Origin: Synechococcus sp. A15-24
GTDB lineage: Bacteria > Cyanobacteriota > Cyanobacteriia > PCC-6307 > Cyanobiaceae
Assembly: GCF_014280195.1 (NCBI RefSeq)
Contig: NZ_CP047960.1
Coordinates: forward strand, 1,770,001-1,802,000
Direction of reading: 5' to 3'
Length of the DNA: 32,000 nucleotides
The notes beneath the pieces are model-generated. The model saw nothing but the letters and a program-made list of their open reading frames with translations, made no database searches and was not told the DNA's origin. Below, piece after piece: positions 24,685-32,000 of the stretch (positions are counted from its first letter, which is position 1; each line of letters opens with the position of its first letter). A program made the position numbers and the translations under genes.

Positions 24685-25881
24685 ATGGCAGAGCGTTTCG
24701 ACAACTTGGTTGAAGGATTAACAGAAGATCGTGCCATGTCTGTGATTCTGGCCGACCCTGAGACATTGGATCGACCTGTCGACAAATATATGGCTGCGAC
24801 GAGGTTGGGAGCTAGCGATACTGAGGAATCCCTTGATGTTCTCATTAAGGCAGCAGAATTAAGTCCGGAACATCTGTTTGACCGAATCACACGACGAAAA
24901 GCCATTGATGCTCTAGGCCGCAGAAAAAGCACTAGGGCATTACCTACTCTGTTTCGCTCACTGTCTTGCACAGATGAGGCTGCAGTCATTAACGCTGTTG
25001 ACGCCATCACAAAAATTGGTGCACCACTAACAGAAAACAATCAGGGAAGATTGATCAAGGCACTCGATGGGGAAGATATCCAAAAGCGAGCAGTCATCCA
25101 GGCCTTTTGCAGGCTGGAAATCAATAAGGCAGAAGAGGCAATACGCCCACTCGCGAACGATCAGAATCCGCTCGTCTGCGGTGCAGCTAAAGCATATTTA
25201 GCAAGAGTGCACAAAGAGACCTCCGGTCTAGATGATCTGGTTCCCCAGCTGATCGATCCCATCGCTGGTCGACGCCGATCCGCCGTCATTGACCTTGGCG
25301 ATGCTGGTGATGTCACAAGATTGGAGGCACTGGTTACGGCACCTGTGTCCATGTCATTACGGGCAAGAAGCGCTTTCCAGCTCGTCGATCCCAACAAAAC
25401 ATGTCACGTTCCTGATGAATATTCAGAATTAATAACGCAACTATTGCAAGACAACCCACAACATTTAAAGCTCAGACAAGAGTGGGTCTGCCCTGTTGAC
25501 GCAATTGAAATCGAAAACAATCTTCAACACCGAGACGAAGCACGTCAATACGGTGGGGCTTTGAGCCTAATGAATATGGACAAACGATGCAGAATGGAAT
25601 TAATTAATGAAATTAAACAAAAATTATGGAGCGACTATGTTACTCACTATTACTTAACATCAGTCATCAGCCTTCAAGGCTTGTCCGAAAGGAGTGACTT
25701 GATCTGCCTAGCTCTGGCCGAAACGATCCCTCAGTACACAAAATCGAGGATTGCAGCAGCCTGGGGTTGCCTGAGATTGAGACTGACTGATCAGAAGCCC
25801 CTCCTCGAGGAGCTTTCAGTCTCAGCTAACTGGCTACCACTGAAGTGGACCTGCAGGCAGGTACTTAAACAGTTGTCATGA
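24685..25881 (+). CDS. mpeY: HEAT-repeat E/F-type phycobilin lyase of the MpeY/MpeW/MpeQ family (PEII alpha-subunit lyase or lyase-isomerase)
   Basis: 398 aa with repeated HEAT-like units ([20 protein letters not shown]..., [12 protein letters not shown]..., [14 protein letters not shown]...). It sits immediately upstream of mpeBA, as mpeY-family genes do. The paralog (Y, Q or W) cannot be assigned by eye. Confidence 0.8.
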   Translation: MAERFDNLVEGLTEDRAMSVILADPETLDRPVDKYMAATRLGASDTEESLDVLIKAAELSPEHLFDRITRRKAIDALGRRKSTRALPTLFRSLSCTDEAAVINAVDAITKIGAPLTENNQGRLIKALDGEDIQKRAVIQAFCRLEINKAEEAIRPLANDQNPLVCGAAKAYLARVHKETSGLDDLVPQLIDPIAGRRRSAVIDLGDAGDVTRLEALVTAPVSMSLRARSAFQLVDPNKTCHVPDEYSELITQLLQDNPQHLKLRQEWVCPVDAIEIENNLQHRDEARQYGGALSLMNMDKRCRMELINEIKQKLWSDYVTHYYLTSVISLQGLSERSDLICLALAETIPQYTKSRIAAAWGCLRLRLTDQKPLLEELSVSANWLPLKWTCRQVLKQLS

Positions 25882-26013
25882 TTAGTGTCTTCCTCAGTAA
25901 CAACCAGGCCAAATGATGTCGTGGTGTTACCGATTTTTCGTTTGTCAACTTGTGTGTCCTGACACGCTTGTCTGGGATTTAGGCAAGAAAAGCAGGGTTA
26001 CTGTCCATCTTGA

Positions 26014-27134
<1,121 letters not shown>

Positions 27135-27177
27135 TTATCAGTCCTTAACGGATTGGTATTTACGACTAGTCGTCTCA

Positions 27178-27210
27178 GGGGGTGAGCAAATAGCTCACCC
27201 CCTTTTTTTT
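27178..27210 (+). terminator. Rho-independent terminator after mpeBA
   Basis: GGGGGTGAGC, loop AAATA, GCTCACCCCC, followed by 8 T. Confidence 0.85.
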
Positions 27211-27498
27211 AGCAGTAGCGAGAAAACTTCCTGCGAAGGAAAGAAACTCAACGACTCGATAGCGACATTAGATCGATCGGCGCCAACCCCCCAAAAGACA
27301 ATCAGCCAGCCAAAGTTAAACCTATCGCAATTATTGTCGATGATTGCTCGAGTGGTTGAATGCAGAAACTTGTAAAACCTGTTTCAAGCCTTAAACCACT
27401 AAGGATCCTCCCGCTGTTCTGTCAAGTACCGCCTCAATTCGAGAGCGATCAGAATACTTGAAGGTCTCGACATCATCAATCACCTCCAAATCCTCATC

Positions 27499-28380
27499 AT
27501 GCTCACCACACAAACTACTCCTGCAGGTATGTCTGCAGCAAATCGAACCAAATCCGCTTCGTATTCCACCTCCAGCAAAGCTGGAATGAATACTGTTGCC
27601 CGAACGGTGGCAGGTTCGATTGCAGAGTTTAAGCGGAACACTTGCTCATCTATGGGTCTCGGAATCGGCCCTCGACTCCACAGTGAGTGTCCATTCGGTT
27701 CGGTCTTTGATGAGTATCACCCCAACGATAGTGCGGCGTTGGAGCGCACAATCCGCGATAGCTATCGCCAGGTTTACGGGAACCTACCTCCAACGGAAAA
27801 TGAGCGTTGCACCTCACTGGAAGCACGCCTCATGAATGGAGAAATAACGGTACGTGACTTCGTCAATGGTCTGGCCAAATCTCCTTTTTACAAAAAAAAT
27901 TACTTCCACTCAGTCGCGCCCCAGCGAGGGATCGAACTGAACTTCAAACACCTCTTAGGGCGAGCTCCACTTAATCAGGCAGAAATTCAGGCCAGCATTA
28001 AGCTGCAGGCCGAACAGGGATTTGATGCTCTCATCGATAGCCTGACGGATGGGGCAGAATATGCCGAGGTCTTTGGTTCGGATATCGTCCCATACGTGCG
28101 GACTGCCGATTCTTATGCCGGAATGATGACGTCCTCCTTCAACATGATGAGGGAGCTTGCAAGCACCAAAGTAGCAGTTAGTGACAACGCTCAGGGATCC
28201 CGGAGCCGCACCGTTTCACCACTCGCCTTAGCAGCGAGCAGCGCGATTAAACCTGTGACATTTAACTATGTTGCACTTACCAAGCCTGCTCCAAAGCTGC
28301 CTCAACAGCAGTACAGCGGTCATCAGCCTCCTAAGCAGACAGACTACGTCGCATTCCGCCCCTTCGGAATCCACTTCTGA
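27499..28380 (+). CDS. mpeC: Phycoerythrin-II-associated linker MpeC
   Basis: 293 aa with the Cys49-x14-Cys64 motif (CSSMGLGIGPRLHSEC) and a PBS-linker domain (SYRQVYGN...ITVRDFVNGLAKSPFYKKNYF...IELNFKHLLGRAP). It has no CpcD-like tail and lies directly downstream of mpeBA. Confidence 0.87.
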   Translation: MLTTQTTPAGMSAANRTKSASYSTSSKAGMNTVARTVAGSIAEFKRNTCSSMGLGIGPRLHSECPFGSVFDEYHPNDSAALERTIRDSYRQVYGNLPPTENERCTSLEARLMNGEITVRDFVNGLAKSPFYKKNYFHSVAPQRGIELNFKHLLGRAPLNQAEIQASIKLQAEQGFDALIDSLTDGAEYAEVFGSDIVPYVRTADSYAGMMTSSFNMMRELASTKVAVSDNAQGSRSRTVSPLALAASSAIKPVTFNYVALTKPAPKLPQQQYSGHQPPKQTDYVAFRPFGIHF

Positions 28381-28438
28381 CCGACCCAAAATGGTCTAAT
28401 GGTCAGGTCAGAATTCAACACTCAAGTGTGTGATGACC

Positions 28439-28468
28439 AGCTCCCTTTCAAAAGGGAGCTTTTTTTTG
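28439..28468 (+). terminator. Rho-independent terminator after mpeC
   Basis: AGCTCCCT, loop TTCAAA, AGGGAGCT, followed by 8 T. Confidence 0.8.
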
Positions 28469-28551
28469 TCCAAGAGCTCGTGGGCGAAAAAGCTTCAAGG
28501 AATCAACAGTACAGCAACCGTAATCGATTAGATTGATATGAAGATTGTGCG

Positions 28552-29457
28552 ATGGCCACAGTGCTCCAGGATTTCTCTAATGTCTCGTCACTCAGCGACA
28601 GTCAGCTCACCGAAGAAGAAGCGCTTCAACTCGCCAACGAACTAAGTTTGAAATTAAGTGATGGTGAGAAACCAGGGTCTGATGCAGAGTCTCTCAAGAA
28701 AATGGTTGCTGGCCTTGGTGATGCTAGAGGAGCCCTAAGACTAACCTTTGCAAAAAGCCTTGGCGCAGTAGGAGACGAGGCTCTACCCATTCTTTGTGAA
28801 GCTCTTCGCCAACACCAAAATGTAGTCGTCAGAAGAGCATCAGCCAAAACACTCAATTTGATTGGAAGTAAGGAGGCTCTGCCTTATCTCCTCGAAGCTT
28901 TTTTAGAAGACAGTGATCCAGTTGTTCTCGGGTCATCTGCTGGAGCAATGGCAACGATTGGACCCGACGCCATGGACTCATTACTTGGGATCCTGAAAAA
29001 TCCAGACTGCACACCATTTCAGGTGGGCTTGATTAATCTTGCGCTTAGTTTCATCGGCGCCAAAGCACCTGAGGCATTACTCGAGGCTGCAGAGTCAGAC
29101 GTGACTGAAGTTCGCGTGGCTGCAATTTCAGCCCTAGGAGATCAAATACAAAAGAGTGACGATCATCGTGCAAAAAATAGAGTGTTCAGAGCTTTAGATG
29201 ACTGCTCACCAGACGTTAGAGCAGAAGCTGTAACACTTATCGGAAAATCATGTGATGCCGAAGATGTTGAACATATGCTGACAAGGAAACTGATCGACAA
29301 AGACACTCAGGTACGAAAAAACACGGCGATGGCACTGATGAAGCTTGAAGCATTTAACTCTGTAGAAAGCATAGAGAAGGCAAAGTCAACAGAAGATGAC
29401 GAGTCAGTTCAAGCAGTATTTGATGTCGCCATCAACATACTAAGCAGAAATTTGTGA
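28552..29457 (+). CDS. mpeU: HEAT-repeat E/F-type bilin lyase(-isomerase), MpeU/MpeV/CpeF family
   Basis: 301 aa with HEAT-like repeats (RLTFAKSLGAVGDEALPIL..., VRRASAKTLNLIGSKEALPYL..., VRVAAISALGD..., VRAEAVTLIGK..., VRKNTAMALMKL). Its position after mpeC matches mpeU/cpeF. The paralog name is tentative. Confidence 0.72.
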   Translation: MATVLQDFSNVSSLSDSQLTEEEALQLANELSLKLSDGEKPGSDAESLKKMVAGLGDARGALRLTFAKSLGAVGDEALPILCEALRQHQNVVVRRASAKTLNLIGSKEALPYLLEAFLEDSDPVVLGSSAGAMATIGPDAMDSLLGILKNPDCTPFQVGLINLALSFIGAKAPEALLEAAESDVTEVRVAAISALGDQIQKSDDHRAKNRVFRALDDCSPDVRAEAVTLIGKSCDAEDVEHMLTRKLIDKDTQVRKNTAMALMKLEAFNSVESIEKAKSTEDDESVQAVFDVAINILSRNL

Positions 29458-29616
29458 GAAGTTAGGGTCAAAACAATGCACAGAAGGGCACTGAAGAATT
29501 TCAAGGATGCCTCAAATACCCCAAGTTCTCTCTTGTAAAGTTAGCGGAGCATTTTCAGTGATCCTGGTAAAAAGCGGATAGATGCTGATAAAATTTGAAC
29601 ATGTAGGTGATCTTTT

Positions 29617-29961
29617 ATGTCGCGCGCTGAATTCATACGCTTTCTTCAGGTCCTGGAAGAAGATTTACCGTTCAGAGCTCTTTTTCAAGAAGCTGATCCC
29701 GAGGAAATCCTCAAGCTTGCCGATCAACATGGGTTTATCTTTTCGGATGAAATAAAAGGGCGTTTCCTGAATCGGTGGGCAGGTGTGTATTTCTGCCCAT
29801 TCGCCAACGATGTGGGAAGGTTATGCCCAAAAATGGTACCCGAGGGATTCAGCACACTGCTGCATTATTCACAAACAACATGTACCAAAGAGGACAAAGT
29901 TGAGCGTTTTGATTTTCGTGCTGGAGGCTATTACGAAGGAGTAAAAGCAGTGACTGGATAA
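29617..29961 (+). CDS. Nif11-domain protein (114 aa) with Cys-containing C-terminal extension, PBS-region unknown
   Basis: RAEFIRFLQVLEEDLPFRALFQEADPEEILKLADQHGFIFSD aligns by eye with the two Nif11-like proteins at 23568-24120. The C-terminal part contains FCPF...LCPK...TC. Confidence 0.6.
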   Translation: MSRAEFIRFLQVLEEDLPFRALFQEADPEEILKLADQHGFIFSDEIKGRFLNRWAGVYFCPFANDVGRLCPKMVPEGFSTLLHYSQTTCTKEDKVERFDFRAGGYYEGVKAVTG

Positions 29962-29971
29962 AGAAAAGGTT

Positions 29972-30592
29972 TTAACTCCTTGAATTGAGTAGATTTTGAA
30001 GTCGCGCCAATGCAGACTGAGCTGCTTCCTGAATCAGCGGATCGTCATTATTATCTTGAAGTGCATGCAAAGCGACCTCCGCCATGGGATGCGGGATATC
30101 AGCAAGAGCCTGAGATGCACTAAAGATCAAAGCCACATTTTCACTGCTGAGAGATTTTGCTAGTAGTTTAATTGCCTCTTCAGACTTGAACTGTTGCTTA
30201 CCGATTTGACCAAGACACATCAGAGCTCCTTGTACGACTACCATATCTGTGTCATTAATCCCTTGTTCCAACATTTGCATGACTGAATCAGGAAACGGTT
30301 GATCAGGAAAATTCTTGAACAATTGAACGAATGCTTTCGGGCAACAACGCCTTGCAGTTTGATTCTCAGTTGTTGCATAAAGTTCGATCAAAGGATCGAA
30401 TGCAGAACTCCCAAAAAAACCAATTCCCTTAACTGCTGCTCTGTATACTTTGGGATCTTGATGACAGAATAGTTCCAATAACATGGGCAAGGCTTCTTCC
30501 TGATAGTGCTCCGAAAGAATTAAACTGGCTTCTTCTTGGATCCTAGGGTTGGGATGCCTGAGATCCTCGAATAGGGAATCAATGGAAGGCAT
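29972..30592 (-). CDS. cpeZ: HEAT-repeat protein CpeZ (PEI lyase accessory/chaperone-like subunit)
   Basis: I place the start at the ATG at 30592 (MPSIDSLFEDLRHPNPRIQEEAS...), giving 206 aa, rather than the TTG at 30652. It has HEAT-like repeats and lies directly downstream of cpeY on the same strand. Confidence 0.8.
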   Translation of the reverse strand: MPSIDSLFEDLRHPNPRIQEEASLILSEHYQEEALPMLLELFCHQDPKVYRAAVKGIGFFGSSAFDPLIELYATTENQTARRCCPKAFVQLFKNFPDQPFPDSVMQMLEQGINDTDMVVVQGALMCLGQIGKQQFKSEEAIKLLAKSLSSENVALIFSASQALADIPHPMAEVALHALQDNNDDPLIQEAAQSALARLQNLLNSRS

Positions 30593-30684
30593 AGACTGAT
30601 TATCGCTCACAGAAAGCCTGAACTGATAATTTATTTTAGCACTGATGATCAACCGAAAACAGACGCAGACGTCTCATACATGCA

Positions 30685-32000
30685 CTATGTATATTGGAGA
30701 ATCGACTGCGCTTTCCAACAAACAAAGTAATCTGGATCCGATTGAGACAAATCACTGACTACATCAAGATTTTGAGACCGGATTTGACTCAACTCGGGAG
30801 ATTGAAGGAGTAGAAGCGATGTATAACGGAAATCCCAAAATGGTTGCATTACGGTAGTCAAACCATCTTTCAAGAAGTGGTCGCACTGCCCAGGAAATAA
30901 GATAGCAAAAGACAACAACGCAGCAGATGGAGATTTCCTGAATTGTGGACGTCTATCTCGAATAGCATCCGACAGGATGTCGTGAATAGACGCAAGGGCC
31001 TCGTGACTCCAATTCCTTATGAGACCAAATAGATGCATCATGAAATAGTGCGCTCCATAGTCGTTATGGGCTTTCTTATGCCAACTGGCCCAGACATGGG
31101 TCCAGACTTCATCTGGATCGCGATCCAGCAGGGTTTGCATCGACAAATAGCAGCGACTGAAATCAGGATGAAACAGACCTTCGACAAGCAGCTGAGTCGG
31201 TAGGGGGTCCCCATAGTGATGAAGCACCGTGATCAGCCTGGGGTCATCGCGAAGGACCTGGTCAACAGCCGAAAGAGCACTATTTTTCAACTGCTCACCT
31301 GACGATCGGTCGACAAGAGCACGAACAGCTCTCATTCGAAACGCTGGTGAAATGGGTGACTGAAGCAAACTCGACATGAGTTCAATCCCACCAGCATCGA
31401 TTACATCTTGAACTGCCGACTGACGATCCATCTGATTAGCTACGTACAAATGATCAGCCAAATCAGCGAGACGTGTCCTATCTCCTGACAAGTGAATTGT
31501 GGCCGCAATTGCAGCACCGCGCACAGAAGACTTTTCATGGTCCATTAAGGGAGTAATCGTCGAAAGTGCTGCAAAAACTGAGAGTTTAGACAAACTTTGA
31601 ATTAAAACCCGTTGATTCTGTGTGGAATCATGCAACAACCGAATCAAGCGCTGATGAACGGCTTGATCTTGACAGCCTATTTGTGCCAGTGCCCAGGCAG
31701 CATTTTCGACCATATAGATATCCGAACTATCAAGAAAACTGGCAATTTTCGCCTGAGCTTGCGTAACCCCCAGCCGGGCAAGAACTTCTACAGCTTTTCG
31801 TTGAGCAAGGAGGACAGCAGACTCAGTCGACACCCTGCCAAGAAAATTCAGCAACGCTTCATTTGCAAACTGACCAGGAAAATTGACCAAGTGCGAAACG
31901 GCAATATAGTAGTCACTGTCGCTCTCGAGATCTTGAAAATCTGTAGCCAAGATCTCGATGGCACCAGCCTGGTCCAACTCAGGATGAATATTGTCAAACA
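30685..32000 (-). CDS. cpeY: HEAT-repeat phycoerythrobilin lyase CpeY (5' end probably beyond the right window edge)
   Basis: At least 430 aa of large E/F-type lyase with multiple HEAT repeats. The ORF-track start at 31977 is a TTG. The frame stays open upstream to position 32000 (..FDNIHPE-LDQAG..), so the true start is likely outside the window. Confidence 0.85.
   Translation of the reverse strand, partial: FDNIHPELDQAGAIEILATDFQDLESDSDYYIAVSHLVNFPGQFANEALLNFLGRVSTESAVLLAQRKAVEVLARLGVTQAQAKIASFLDSSDIYMVENAAWALAQIGCQDQAVHQRLIRLLHDSTQNQRVLIQSLSKLSVFAALSTITPLMDHEKSSVRGAAIAATIHLSGDRTRLADLADHLYVANQMDRQSAVQDVIDAGGIELMSSLLQSPISPAFRMRAVRALVDRSSGEQLKNSALSAVDQVLRDDPRLITVLHHYGDPLPTQLLVEGLFHPDFSRCYLSMQTLLDRDPDEVWTHVWASWHKKAHNDYGAHYFMMHLFGLIRNWSHEALASIHDILSDAIRDRRPQFRKSPSAALLSFAILFPGQCDHFLKDGLTTVMQPFWDFRYTSLLLLQSPELSQIRSQNLDVVSDLSQSDPDYFVCWKAQSILQYT

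Overview
The window looks like a marine Synechococcus (cluster 5.1-like) chromosome segment with two parts. Positions 1-11.8 kb are GC-rich core genes. They comprise a four-gene overlap chain on the minus strand (dprA-prmC-tsaC-membrane protein), a hotdog thioesterase, a tandem USP, psbM (missed by the ORF track), a 2Fe-2S ferredoxin-like gene, psbB-psbT (psbT also missed), nrdR, rpsA, a HAD hydrolase, metK and an FGGY sugar kinase. From about 11.9 kb to the right edge lies the 5' two-thirds of a phycobilisome (PBS) rod gene region of a phycoerythrin-II-containing (pigment type 3) strain. In order it holds an mpeE-like linker, a few non-PBS genes and tRNA-Phe(GAA), then unk-aplA-cpcG2-pentapeptide, cpeC-mpeD-cpeE, cpeS-cpeT-cpeR, three small minus-strand genes (two clearly Nif11-like, the third only weakly), an mpeY-family lyase, mpeBA, mpeC, an mpeU/cpeF-family lyase, a fourth Nif11-like gene, and cpeZ-cpeY on the minus strand (cpeY runs off the window). 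The 548-aa MpeD and 300-aa MpeE sizes match what I recall being described for Synechococcus WH8102, but I cannot verify strain identity without a search. Composition is a mosaic: single 60-nt lines spot-count at roughly 65% GC in metK and roughly 40% in the cpeS-cpeT area. I saw no CRISPR array, transposase, integrase or recognisable defence system. The best candidates for undescribed biology are the conserved unknown-function genes inside the PBS region: the Nif11-like paralog family, the unk/aplA overlapping pair, the cpcG2-pentapeptide coupling, and a 37-aa hydrophobic ORF. These are hypotheses, not demonstrated systems.
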